Assembly: GCA_963728205.1 (NCBI GenBank)
Contig: CAVSIV010000006.1
Span: forward strand, 288,001-352,000
Length of the DNA: 64,000 nucleotides
Source of the DNA: an uncultured Chloroflexia bacterium
GTDB lineage: Bacteria > Chloroflexota > Dehalococcoidia > UBA2979
Direction: 5' to 3'
The notes beneath the pieces are model-generated. The model made no database searches. It was given only the letters and a program-made list of their open reading frames with translations, and was not told where the DNA came from. The translations under genes were made by a program, and so were the position numbers. Shown one piece after another: positions 18,833 through 28,915 of the stretch (the first letter of the stretch is position 1; each line of letters begins with the position of its first letter).

Positions 18833-18927
18833 GCGAGCGGCAGGCACACGGCAGGCGCACCGCTGGCACACGGCAGGCGCACCGCTGGCACACGGCAGGC
18901 GCACGGCGGGCGTAACGCCTGCCGCTC
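18833..18927. repeat. Family B inverted ends enclosing a 22-bp tandem repeat
   Basis: gcgagcggcaggc ... (cacacggcaggcgcaccgctgg)x2.7 ... acgcctgccgctc. Confidence 0.65.
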
Positions 18928-19018
18928 CCGGCGGCCCCCGCAGTTGCGCGGGCCAGGGTGACCCCGCGGGCCGCGCGAGCAGCGCGCGTATGCGCGCCGC
19001 TCGCCGTCGCGCGCGCCG

Positions 19019-20108
19019 TCAGCGCTGCGCCAGCTCCACCCGCCGGCCCTCGCGCGCGGAGGCGCGGATTGCGTCCAGCACCACCTGGCCGCGCGCACCG
19101 TCGGCGAAGCTCGGCGCGGGGGAGGTGCCCGCGCGGATGCCGCGCGCGAACTCGCGCACCAGCAGCCGGAACGCGCCGAGGCGCTGGTCGCGGTCGTCCG
19201 CGATGGGGCGGAACCGCTCGGGCATCGGCAGCTCCGCGAGCGCGCGGTCGGCGGCGGCGGCCGCGAGCACCACGCCGTCGGGCTCGGGGTTGGGCCCGCG
19301 CTGCGTCGCGACCATCGCGCCGTCGCTCCCCGTCACGACGATGCGCGCGCCCTGGCCGGGCGACACCGCCGACGACGCCACCATCGTCGCAATCACGCCG
19401 CTCGCGAAGGTGAGGGTGAACTGGAAGGTGTCGTCGGCGTCGGCGCGCACGGGCGCGAGCGTCTCCGGGTCGCGCCGCTCCGGCCGCAGCGTCGCGAGCG
19501 TGCCCTGCGCCGACGCGACCTCGCCGAACCAGTGGCGGAAGGCGTCGACGTAATGCGAGCCGAGCGCCCCGAGCAGCCCGCCGCCTTCGGCGGCCCACGC
19601 CGACCACGACGCCACGGGCGGCTCCGTCGGCGCCGGCCGGCCGAGGAAGAGCTCGGCCGACGCCAGCTGCGGCATGCCGATGGCGCCGGCGTCGAGCCGC
19701 TCCTTAATCTGCGCGCGCTGCGGCGCGAAGCGGAACTCGTGCGCGACCATCGCGGTCAACCCGCGCCGCTCCGCCTCGGCCCGCATCTCCTCCGCCTCGG
19801 CGGCGCTCAGCGCGAACGGCTTCTCGCAGAGCACGTGCTTGCCGGCCGCCAGCGCCGCGAGCGCGAATCTCGTGGTGCGCCGCCGGCGGCGTCGCGATCG
19901 CGACCGCGTCGAGGTCGTCGCGCGCGACCAGCTCGCGCCAGTCGGTGTGCACGTCGCCGACGCCGAGCCCCGCGGCGGCGCTGCGCGCGCGCTCCTCGTG
20001 GCGGCTCCACAGCGCGCGCACCTCCCAGCCCTCCGAGAGAAACCCGGGGATGTGCACCGCCGCGCCGAACCCGACGCCGATCACGCCGACGCGCAGCGGC
20101 TCCGTCAT
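19019..20108 (-). CDS. Gfo/Idh/MocA oxidoreductase (one frameshift near 19865)
   Basis: VGVIGVGFG, IATPP, then KHVLCEKPF, GGGLLGALGSH in another frame. Confidence 0.85.
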
Positions 20109-21115
20109 GCGATCTCCCCCATCACCGGCGCATGCGACCCGCCGGCCCGCAACGCGCGCCGCCACGCCGCGGGCGGCTCGCCCGCGTGCCGGCGGAACGC
20201 CCGGTTGAACGCGGCCTCGGACTCGTAGCCGACCGCGGACGCGATCGCCGCAATCGACTCGCGCGACTCGATCAGCTGCTGCGCCGCCATCTCCATCCGC
20301 CACGCCGCGAGATATCGCATCGGCGGCATCCGCACGACTTCCGTGAAGCGCTGGTTCAGCATCGACCGCGACGCGCCCACCGCGTTCGCCAGCTCGGCGG
20401 TCGACCAGCGGCGGTCGGGGCTTGCGTGCAGCAGCGCCAGTGCGCGCCCGACGACCGGGTCGTCGAGCGCCCCCAGCCAGCCGCCGACCGCGTGCTCCTC
20501 GACGTAGCGCTGGATGACGTCGATGAAGAGCAGCTCCGTCAGCCGCTCGACCAGCGCCGCGCCGCCCGGCCGGTGCTCCAGCGTCTCGGTGAAGGTCCGC
20601 TCGAGCGTGAGCGTGAGCCAGTCGCTGCGGTCGGCGTCGTGCCGGACGACGACCACCTCAGGGAGTGCGTCGATCAGCGGGTTGAAGATGCGGCCGTCGC
20701 AGTGAAAGAAGCCGCAGAGTGCGGCGGACGGCGGGCCGTTGCCACCCCAGCGCAGCGTGGGGGGCATGCCGGCGATCGCGTGCTGGAGGCTGCCGACCGG
20801 CACCGCGGACCGGCCGGGCGTATCGGTGAGCGTGTGCACCGCGCCGTGCGGGAGCACAACAACGTCCCCCGTCCGCAGCTGGACGGGTTCCCCGCCGAGG
20901 ACGTCGAACCAGATCTCGCCGCGCGTGACGAGGTGGAACGGCATGAGGTGCAGGGCGCCGGGCGCGTACGACGCGATGATGTCCTCGACACCGAGCGCAG
21001 TCACCGCGTAGGGCGCGCGCAACTCGACGCGGAAGAACATCCCGCCCGAGAGCCGGACGGCGCCGAGGACGGCGGACAGCGTGTCTGCGGGCATCTCGGA
21101 CGCTCGGTCAATCAC
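20105..21115 (-). CDS. AraC family regulator with cupin N-terminal domain
   Basis: FHLVTRG, GDVVVLPHG, LCG, VGYESEAAFNRAF. Confidence 0.92.
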   Translation of the reverse strand: MIDRASEMPADTLSAVLGAVRLSGGMFFRVELRAPYAVTALGVEDIIASYAPGALHLMPFHLVTRGEIWFDVLGGEPVQLRTGDVVVLPHGAVHTLTDTPGRSAVPVGSLQHAIAGMPPTLRWGGNGPPSAALCGFFHCDGRIFNPLIDALPEVVVVRHDADRSDWLTLTLERTFTETLEHRPGGAALVERLTELLFIDVIQRYVEEHAVGGWLGALDDPVVGRALALLHASPDRRWSTAELANAVGASRSMLNQRFTEVVRMPPMRYLAAWRMEMAAQQLIESRESIAAIASAVGYESEAAFNRAFRRHAGEPPAAWRRALRAGGSHAPVMGEIA

Positions 21116-21197
21116 CCCGGACGGACGGTCAAGGCCGCGCCTGCGGCGTCCGCCATCCTAGCGCATGCCACGAGGGGCACCCGGGAGGGAGCGTGCG

Positions 21198-22355
21198 ATG
21201 GGTGACATGGACTGGATGCGGATCATCGAGACGATCGGCCCGCGCTTCGCCGAGGGTGCGGAGGCGCGCGACGCCGACGACACGTTCATCGCGGCGCACT
21301 ACGACGCGTTCCGGGATCACGGCCTGCTCGCGATGATGATCCCCGCGGCGCTCGGCGGAGGCGGCGCGCCGCACTCGGTCGTGTGCGCGGCGCTGCGGCG
21401 GCTCGCCACCTTCGACGCCTCGGCGGCGCTCGCGCTGTCGATGCACCAGCACCTGGTGGCCGCGCAGGTCTTCAACCACCTGCAGGGCAAGCCTGCACCG
21501 ATCCTCGAGCGGGTCGCGCGGGACGGGGTCGTGCTGGTGAGCACGGGCGCGCGCGACTGGCTCGAGTCGAACGGCGAGACGCGGCGCGTCGACGGCGGCT
21601 TCCGCGTCAGCGCCCGCAAGGCGTTCGCGTCGGGCAGCCCGGCCGGCGGCGTCGCCGTCACGAGCGCCCCGTACCTGGACCCCGACGCGGGGTGGCAGGT
21701 GCTGCACTTCGCGGTGCCGATGAGCGCCGAGGGCGTGAGCCTGCTCGACGACTGGCAGGTGCACGGGATGCGCGCCACGGGGTCGCGCACGCTCGTCTTC
21801 GACGACGTCTTCGTCCCCGACGCCGCCGTGAGCCTGCGGCGCCCGCGCGGCGAGTTCCACGGGGTGTGGAACGTCGTGCTGACGGTCGCGATGCCGCTGA
21901 TCGCGGGCGTCTACGTCGGCGTGGCGGAGCGCGCGGCCGAGATCGGGCTGCGCTGCGCGGCCGGCCACGCGCAGGACGCGACCGTGCAGTGGGCGGTGGG
22001 CGAGATGCGGAGCGCGCTGGTCGTCGCGCACACCTGCCACGACCGGATGGTCGCGCTGGCGGCGGATCTCGCGTTCGAGCCGACGCTCGACCGGTCGGAC
22101 GAGATCCTCGTGCTGAAGACGCAGGCGGTGGAGTCCGCGCGCGGTGCGGTGGAGCGGGCGATGGAGGCCGCCGGCGGCGCCGGGTTCTACCGGCGCACCG
22201 GGCTCGAGCGACTGCTGCGCGACGTGCGCGCCGGCCACTATCACCCGCTGCCGGCGAAGCAGCAGGCGTCGTTCACGGGCCGGCACGCGCTCGGGCTGGC
22301 GCCGGTTGAGTGGGAGGCGCCGCGGGCGGAGGCGGAGCTCGTCGGCGCGCAGTGA
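21198..22355 (+). CDS. Acyl-CoA dehydrogenase family protein (flavin monooxygenase-like subgroup)
   Basis: LSMH, KAFASG, DDWQVHGMRATGS, AGGAGF, LERLLRD. Confidence 0.9.
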   Translation: MGDMDWMRIIETIGPRFAEGAEARDADDTFIAAHYDAFRDHGLLAMMIPAALGGGGAPHSVVCAALRRLATFDASAALALSMHQHLVAAQVFNHLQGKPAPILERVARDGVVLVSTGARDWLESNGETRRVDGGFRVSARKAFASGSPAGGVAVTSAPYLDPDAGWQVLHFAVPMSAEGVSLLDDWQVHGMRATGSRTLVFDDVFVPDAAVSLRRPRGEFHGVWNVVLTVAMPLIAGVYVGVAERAAEIGLRCAAGHAQDATVQWAVGEMRSALVVAHTCHDRMVALAADLAFEPTLDRSDEILVLKTQAVESARGAVERAMEAAGGAGFYRRTGLERLLRDVRAGHYHPLPAKQQASFTGRHALGLAPVEWEAPRAEAELVGAQ

Positions 22356-22442
22356 GGAGCCGGGGGCGGCAGGGCGAAGGCGCTACCTGCGCAAGGGCGC
22401 CCGTCCGACCTCTGCGGTGCGGCGCGGCGGCACGGCGCGACG

Positions 22443-22471
22443 TGGACGCGCCGGGGGGCGCTCCGTACTCT
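22443..22471 (+). promoter_or_regulatory. Sigma70-type promoter of tRNA-Lys
   Basis: TGGACG-N17-TACTCT ending 6 nt before the tRNA 5' end. Confidence 0.6.
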
Positions 22472-22477
22472 GGCTAC

Positions 22478-22519
22478 GGGCCCGTAGCTCAGCGGTAGAG
22501 CAGTGGACTTTTAATCCAT
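22478..22519 (+). tRNA. tRNA-Lys(TTT), 5' half only (truncated; island left boundary)
   Basis: GGGCCCG TA GCTC AGCGGTA GAGC A GTGGA CTTTTAA TCCAT; no T-arm or 3' acceptor strand follows. Confidence 0.85.
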
Positions 22520-22570
22520 CGTCACCCCGCCACGCAGTCGCACGGCGAGCCACTTTCCAGGTGTGATCAG

Positions 22571-22875
22571 GTGTGGATCGACGGACCGGCGCCACCACAG
22601 AGCACTGCGAACGCCCGGATGGCACTCGCTCTTGTCGGGGAATTGTCGGGGAGATTCTCGAAGCAGGCCGTCGCGGCCACTGCGTGGTGCCGGTCGGGTT
22701 GGTATCAGCAACTGCTCGGGGCGGTTGAGCGGGCTCGGGCCACGGCGCCGGTCGCAGAATCGACTCCCGAGGAAGCAGAGGAATGCTTACGGCGACAGAT
22801 CGCGCCGACGTTCGCTGCACTCGCTCGGCTCGAGATGCTGGATATCGCGTCGGTGCTACACGAGGGCAGGCGGCG
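22571..22875 (+). pseudogene. C-terminal remnant of Rep_trans family replication initiator/relaxase
   Basis: GWYQQLLGAVERAR...TPEEAEECLRRQIAPTFAAL resembles the Rep_trans C-terminus; N-terminus missing. Confidence 0.55.
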
Positions 22876-22995
22876 AGATTCTCGGTATTCGCCCGTTGGT
22901 CGCACGGCTTCGGGGCTAGCGCCGCTCACCGCTCGTGGTACCGGCCCACCCCAAGCCCCAGCGCTCACGGAGGCAAGAACGGGCGGCGGGCGAGC

Positions 22996-23511
22996 CTACT
23001 TCTCAGCCTCGCGACGTGCAGCGAGCGCTCGTGCTGTCATGTCCTGCATTTCGGCTTGGGTGACCTTGATGCTCTTGAGAAGGCGGCTCGTTTCCTTGTC
23101 GACTACGGCCCTCTGTTGCGTGCACATCGACAAGGCTGCTGCAACGCGCCCGCGGTCGAATGCAATGCCGTCCTTTCTCGAATAGACGGCGCGCCGTTGT
23201 TCGCCTGCCCACATTCGATACAACTCTAAGGAAGTCGTGCTCAGACCGTTCAGCGCCGTGGCTTCATCCGGTACGTCGAGCGCGGTCTGCTGCGCGACCA
23301 ACGCCCCGGCCTCCACCGCCAGGGTGTCGGCTGCCACAGCGAGAGCCGCTAACGATGATGGGCCCTCTCCTGCGCGCGTGAGGGCGATGATGGCCGCGTC
23401 CCAGTGGTCGGCGGTCAAGTCTTGCCGAGCGAGAACCTCGTTCTCGCTGTTGATGTAGTCGAGAATCGACTGGCGACGTTCTCCGCTTATCCGGCTTCCG
23501 AAGAGTGGCAC
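22996..23511 (-). CDS. Hypothetical helical protein (probable paralog of 23619-24272)
   Basis: Open frame, lower GC; GTG 23511 after gggga (longer start at 23622 possible). Confidence 0.6.
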   Translation of the reverse strand: MPLFGSRISGERRQSILDYINSENEVLARQDLTADHWDAAIIALTRAGEGPSSLAALAVAADTLAVEAGALVAQQTALDVPDEATALNGLSTTSLELYRMWAGEQRRAVYSRKDGIAFDRGRVAAALSMCTQQRAVVDKETSRLLKSIKVTQAEMQDMTARALAARREAEK

Positions 23512-23618
23512 GCTGTCCCCCGTAATCCCGGCTAAGTCTACCGCCCGCCCGTTGCTGCCGAGACCGAGTGGGCCACGCCGCTCCTTGGTCAGTTCGGCGA
23601 GAACTCTTCGATCCCTCA

Positions 23619-24272
23619 TCAATCAGTGAAGAAGCGCGCGGGCATCCCCATCATCCCCCCGGCGAAGCGCCTCTGAAAATCGAAATCGGTCATGGGCGGC
23701 AGGCCGATGGATGCCCGAACCGTGTTGAACGCTGCACAGTTCACTTGAAGCCATGCCTCCCGCTTCATCCCTACCTTCGCGATCAGTTCATTCAGGCTCG
23801 CCGCGCTTTGGTTGAGAGCCGCGTTCTCCGCTGAGTCGAGGCGAGTCATTTCGTCGCCCACATCGAGCGCCGGGTCGTTACTCCACGCGACGAAGCCCTG
23901 ATGCTGGAGCGCGGTGCGCTGTTGAAGGACGCTAATCAACGAGGTGCACTCGTCGTACACCCGAGCCGACAAGGTCTCAGTCGGCCTCGCGGCCGCCCGA
24001 TGCTGTCCCTCCATCAGGCCAAATATCCCCACCTTCTCTTCAAGCGCCGGCAGCACGTAAGCGATCACCGAAGTGGGATCAGCGACATCCGCTTGTGGTC
24101 GGTATAACCCTTCGTTGGTCGGTGTCCCCGCCCCGGTCGCGAACGCTAGGGCATCGTTGTACCTCTCCATAGCGAGTTGCTGGTACGCGAACATTGTTTG
24201 GCAGTGACGAATCAAGGCAACAGCGATCGCCTTGTCCGATCCAGACAGTCCAGACCCAAATGGCCATGGCAT
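23619..24272 (-). CDS. Hypothetical helical protein
   Basis: 217-aa frame with protein-like composition, RBS-like gaagg. Confidence 0.65.
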   Translation of the reverse strand: MPWPFGSGLSGSDKAIAVALIRHCQTMFAYQQLAMERYNDALAFATGAGTPTNEGLYRPQADVADPTSVIAYVLPALEEKVGIFGLMEGQHRAAARPTETLSARVYDECTSLISVLQQRTALQHQGFVAWSNDPALDVGDEMTRLDSAENAALNQSAASLNELIAKVGMKREAWLQVNCAAFNTVRASIGLPPMTDFDFQRRFAGGMMGMPARFFTD

Positions 24273-24386
24273 CGACGCGCCTTCTTTCTGCTCCAGGGGC
24301 GCCCTACGACACTTCACTCGCCCGACCCTACACCGCCTCACCGCCGCCGAGGCCGAGCACGCCACGGGGGGGGGCGCCGGGCAAGA

Positions 24387-24737
24387 CTACGGCCGTGGCG
24401 TGTCGCCCTCCCACTCAACCGCCACCAACTTCACGCGCCCGCGCTCTAGCAGTTCGTCCAGCACGACCGGGTACTCGCCGAGCATGCCGCGCGACCCCAG
24501 CGCCGAGCCCGGCGGCCCCGACATGGGCTCGACGTGCAGGCCGCCGGTGCCGATCAGCCAGAGGTAGGGCACGCTGCGCGCTACGCGCCCACTGGCGCGG
24601 CGCTGGCGCAGCATGGTGTCCATCTGGCGGCTGAGCTTGGGGTAGTCGCGCCAGAGGTGCAGGAAGAAGCCGGTGCTGTTGAGCGCGCCCGACGTGGGCT
24701 TGCCTTGGACGATCCGCTCGGCCTTGTCCCCGACCAT
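24387..24737 (-). CDS. Hypothetical protein
   Basis: 116 aa with GC3-rich codon usage (MVGDKAERIVQGKP...). Confidence 0.55.
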   Translation of the reverse strand: MVGDKAERIVQGKPTSGALNSTGFFLHLWRDYPKLSRQMDTMLRQRRASGRVARSVPYLWLIGTGGLHVEPMSGPPGSALGSRGMLGEYPVVLDELLERGRVKLVAVEWEGDTPRP

Positions 24738-24884
24738 CGGCGTGCCCCCGGCGGGAGGGTAGCAGCGCCAGAACGCGCGTTCTATAGTCGAAGGGCACCG
24801 GGTGCGGGTGTTCGCCAGACGGCTGCGCCCATTGCGCACCGCATGCAGCGCGGTTCCGAGCAACCGCAGGGACCAGGCGGCGGG

Positions 24885-25963
24885 ATGACCAACGACGAAA
24901 TCAGCTCCCGTAGCGCGGAGGCCCGCGAGCTCCGGGCGCGTCAGCTTCGGCGAAGCGGTGGTATTACACGAGACGAGTCGCACGCGCGTGGTGCTCGTCC
25001 CTTTCTTCATTCCGCACAGCGACCGAACTGAACTAGCCGTCAAGCTGATTACCTACCGTCGCGGTCAGCCTCCGTTCGAGTGGATGCAGGCTGAGGACAA
25101 ATCGCTATCGCTGGACGGCGCGGCGACCGGGCGGCTGCTCCGCGCGGTGCGGGATCATCTGTCTGTAGTTACCGAGAACCGCGACGGTGACTTTCTCGTG
25201 GTTCAAGTCACCGAGGGGACGGCGAGCGTCGCAGCACATGACCCGGCCCTCGTAGCAACAGCACTCACGAAAGTGCTCAGCCTCACCCGACATCGTCGGG
25301 CACATCAGCGGCGTCGATCTCAGTGATGAGCTTGTACGCGCGCTACGCGGCGCGATCCGACTGTCGGAGATGCGCAACGCCGTCGCAACCCTGCGTGACC
25401 TGCTCGATCGCGGCGAGACGGCTGAACAGATCTATCAGGCGTGGTGCGAGGCGCACCCGTGGGCGTTCGGTAACTCCTATCTCCCAGCCGATCGCGTCCG
25501 GGCCATTAGTGCCGGCGACAAGCTCGATCTCTTGTTGCCAACGGTGATCTCCGGGTACCGCGATATCGTGGAGTTGAAGCGGCCCGACATGGACGTGATG
25601 CAGTACGACTCCGGCCACCGCAACTTCTATTTCTCGGCGGATGCGTCAAAGGCAATCGGTCAGTGCCATAGGTACCTCGACGTGCTCACTGAGGCTGCCG
25701 CTCATGGCTTGCAAGATCACCCGGAGATAGTTGCGTACCATCCACGCGCCACGATCGTGATCGGGCGCACGACGAAATGGAACGATGACGGGTCGCGGGC
25801 CCTGCACGGCCTGAATCGCCGGTTGGTGGACATCACCGTCATGACCTACGACCACCTACTCGCGCAGGGCGAGCGCATCGTCGAGATGCTGAGCACGGCA
25901 CCACCTGACGACGACGTGGAACTCGACCTAGAACATCTCGACCCAGACGAGGTGCCGTTCTAG
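24885..25963 (+). CDS. sduA: Shedu anti-phage nuclease (DUF4263), two apparent frameshifts (about 24900-24940 and 25283)
   Basis: EQIYQAWCEAHPWAFG, DIVELKRP, AIGQCHRYL, VIGR, MTYDHLL. Confidence 0.8.
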
Positions 25964-25974
25964 AGCAGCCGCAA

Positions 25975-26702
25975 TCGGGGGCGCGAGCGGCAGGCGCAGT
26001 CCGTCCGGTCCGAGCGTGTCCACTGGGTTGGTCGGCGCGCCGTCGGGCGCGTGTACCCGTTGTCGCGCCGGGCGCATTGCTTCGCGTGCGGTGCCCGCGT
26101 CGCCGGTGACACCGGCGGGCAGTTGAACCGCCGACGGATGCGCCACGCGCGCTGGCACGTGCGACGGCTGGCGCTCGCACCACGCCCACGTGCTAGAGGC
26201 GCAACTGGGTACCTTCCTTGGGGCCCGTGTGTCGCTGCCGGACGATTGCCAGGCCGCCGTGCTGGCGCTCGCTGGGCGGCCTGTGGAAGCCAGCACCGAG
26301 CACACGCAGCGCCGAACGGCGATCACCCGCGCGATGGAAGCGTTACGCAAGCAACACACGTGGGGCGACCTGACCGACGAGGCGTACCGCGTGCAGCGGC
26401 AGCAGTTGCAGCGCGACCTCGACGATGTGCCCCGTGACCAAGCGGCACCGCTCGCGCTGCCCGACTACGCGCGCTCGGCCGCGTTCCTCCGCGATTTCGG
26501 CAGGCTGTGGGACGCCCAGTCCGACGAGAACCGCAAGGCGTTCATCGACGAGGTGTTCGAGGAAGTCCAGATCGATGAAGTCGGCATCCGCGCGGTCAAA
26601 CCCGCCGAGGGCTACATGCCGCTGTTCGCCGTCGCAACGTGGGGGGATAGCCAACGGGAGAGCCCGGTCTCCCGCTCCAGATCTCTCATTTCTCGCCGCT
26701 GA
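25975..26702 (+). pseudogene. C-terminal remnant of large serine recombinase (zinc ribbon + coiled coil)
   Basis: YPLSRRAHCFACGARVAG...TCD, then LWDAQSDENRKAFIDEVFEEVQID; catalytic domain absent, frameshifted. Confidence 0.7.
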
Positions 26703-26815
26703 GAGATCCCCGTACAGATTCAGCAATCTCCAAATCCTGCACGCCCGCGCGCACGGCGGCGGCGTCGCCAGGCCGGCTCAGAGCCGGCAAGCGACCCACT
26801 GCCTGCCCCGCTACC

Positions 26816-26881
26816 GAGATCACGCCGGGGTCACGCTCGGTTCACGACCGCTTCACACAGAGGTCACGGCGAGATCACGCG
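26816..26881 (+). promoter_or_regulatory. Six TCAC boxes at exact 11-bp spacing upstream of integrase
   Basis: TCAC at 26820, 26831, 26842, 26853, 26864, 26875. Confidence 0.75.
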
Positions 26882-26915
26882 AAGTTGATCCGCCGGGCCG
26901 GAGCGGAGCACGGTC

Positions 26916-27923
26916 ATGGCGAAAGGCGAGAGCCGGACGGCGCAGCGCTGGAGGCGAGGGATGGAGCAGCTGACGCTCGCCGACCTCATCGGCTACTGGG
27001 CGTTCCACAACCGGACCGAGGGCAAGTCGGCCAACACGGTCGCCTGGTACGACGCGCAGCTCGGGACGTTCGAGCGCTTCCTCGCCGCCCGGGAAGCGTC
27101 GACGCTCATCGCCGACGTCGCCGAGCCGGAGGTGCGCGCGTACATCGAGTACCTCCAGCAGAAGCGCAAGTGGGACGACACCGACCGCTGCCCGACGTCG
27201 GATGCGGGGCTCTCGCCCGGCGGCATCCAGAACCGCGTGCGCGCGCTCAAGCCGTTCTTCAACTGGCTCCACCGCGAGGGCTACACGAAGACCTACCGCC
27301 TCGAACACCTCGCGAACTACAAGATCCCGAGCCGTGTCGTGGACGTGCTCTCCGAGGCGGAGATCCGCCGCGTGCTGCGCGTCTGCGACCCGAAGACGGC
27401 CTGGGGCGCCCGCGCCAACGCGATCCTCACGCTGATGCTGGACGCCGGGCTGCGCATCAGCGAGGTCACCGGGCTGCGCACGGCGGACCTGAACCTCGAG
27501 GCCGGCCGGCTCAAGGTGCTGGGCAAGGGCAGCAAGGAGCGCATCGTGCCCATCGGGGCGGCCGCGCAGCGCGCGCTCTGGCGTTACGCGCACCACCACC
27601 GGCCCGAGCCGCTCGGACCCGACGTGTACTTCTTCCTGACCATGGACGGGCGGCCGCTGGGCCGCAGCGGCCTCACCTCGACCATCAAGCGCGTGGCGCA
27701 GAGCTCAGGGGTCGTGCGACTGCACCCGCGCCTCTGCCGGCACACCTTCGCGACGCGCTACCTGATGAACGGCGGCGACGTGTTCAGCCTGCAACAGATC
27801 CTCGGGCACACGACGCTCGAGATGGTGCGGCGTTATGTGAACCTCGCGTCGGCGCATGTGGCGGTACAGCACCGCAAGTTCTCGCCGATGGATCAGATCG
27901 CCGGCGGCGTCAGGGGCACGTGA
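26916..27923 (+). CDS. Tyrosine recombinase/integrase
   Basis: GLRISE, GKGSKER, HPRLCRHTFA, LGHTTLEMVRRY; N-terminal SAM-like domain. Confidence 0.93.
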   Translation: MAKGESRTAQRWRRGMEQLTLADLIGYWAFHNRTEGKSANTVAWYDAQLGTFERFLAAREASTLIADVAEPEVRAYIEYLQQKRKWDDTDRCPTSDAGLSPGGIQNRVRALKPFFNWLHREGYTKTYRLEHLANYKIPSRVVDVLSEAEIRRVLRVCDPKTAWGARANAILTLMLDAGLRISEVTGLRTADLNLEAGRLKVLGKGSKERIVPIGAAAQRALWRYAHHHRPEPLGPDVYFFLTMDGRPLGRSGLTSTIKRVAQSSGVVRLHPRLCRHTFATRYLMNGGDVFSLQQILGHTTLEMVRRYVNLASAHVAVQHRKFSPMDQIAGGVRGT

Positions 27924-28177
27924 GCCCACGCCCGAACGGCGAGTTCGCTGCGAGGAGCGCGCGAAGCAACGAGTCCTGCTCAGCCTGGTTGGCTCGCCGA
28001 CGTATCCTCACGCGCGCGGCCCAGGACAACCGCACTCGGACCTCGCGGATGCGAGCACAAACGCCCACCGTGGGGCTCGGACAGGGTCAGCAGCGCCTGT
28101 CGACCCCCGCGCTGGGCGGCGCGCTTCAGGATTTGGCTATCGGGGCGGGACACGTTGCGGCGGGAGGAGCGTCAGAA

Positions 28178-28915
28178 GTGCTCTTCGCTGAGATCGAGGA
28201 GAGGCGCAACTACGGAGCGCGGCAGAGTTCGCACGGCCAGACTCCGTTCTTCCGCGTCAGGGTGCTCGAGAAGGTCCGCCGACCGGGCGGCAATCACGTC
28301 AAGGTGCGTCACCTGGATGAACCGCATCCGGACTCGAGGAGTACCTCAAACCCGCTCAGATCGTTGCGCCGTGGGCGGACGTTCCAGCGATCGTGCGGGA
28401 CGAGCAGCGCCTGCAGCGACTGTCAGAGTCGATCAGCAAGCTCCCCAGACCGGACCGTTCAGCGGGCAGTCGAGACGATCTTCGAGGCCGCCGGCGACCA
28501 GTCGGTCTGGTGCCGCCCCAGCGGGATCGTCGAGTGCAATCCAGACTCTCTGCAGCACATCGCCGATCGTGCCAGGGTCGACGAAGGTGTCACGCGTCTC
28601 GCGCCGCATGCGTTCGTGGATCGACGGGGCAAGCTGCATCTCCCGTTCGCGGCCGTCGAGCAGCTGGCGCGACTGTTCGCGGCCGCCGAGCCAGAGACCG
28701 TTGGGCTGTACATCGACGGATGCGAGGAATCCTCGTTCGCGCGGGCGGGCGCGGTCCACGCGGACTTCGACCGCGACTGGTATCTGACCGAGGAGAAGCC
28801 CGGCTGGGAACTGGCAAGGCAGTGGACCGGCTCGAAGCAACAGGTCTCCGCACTCGAACGGGAGAACCGACGGCTCCGTGGTCTCGTCGAGCTTGCGCGT
28901 GCGTCTGCTCCTTGA
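28178..28915 (+). pseudogene. Hypothetical protein with about two frameshifts
   Basis: RBS ggagga + GTG; protein-like segments in shifting frames (KVRHLDEPHP; IVAPWADVPAIVRDE; VQRAVETIFEA...). Confidence 0.5.
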
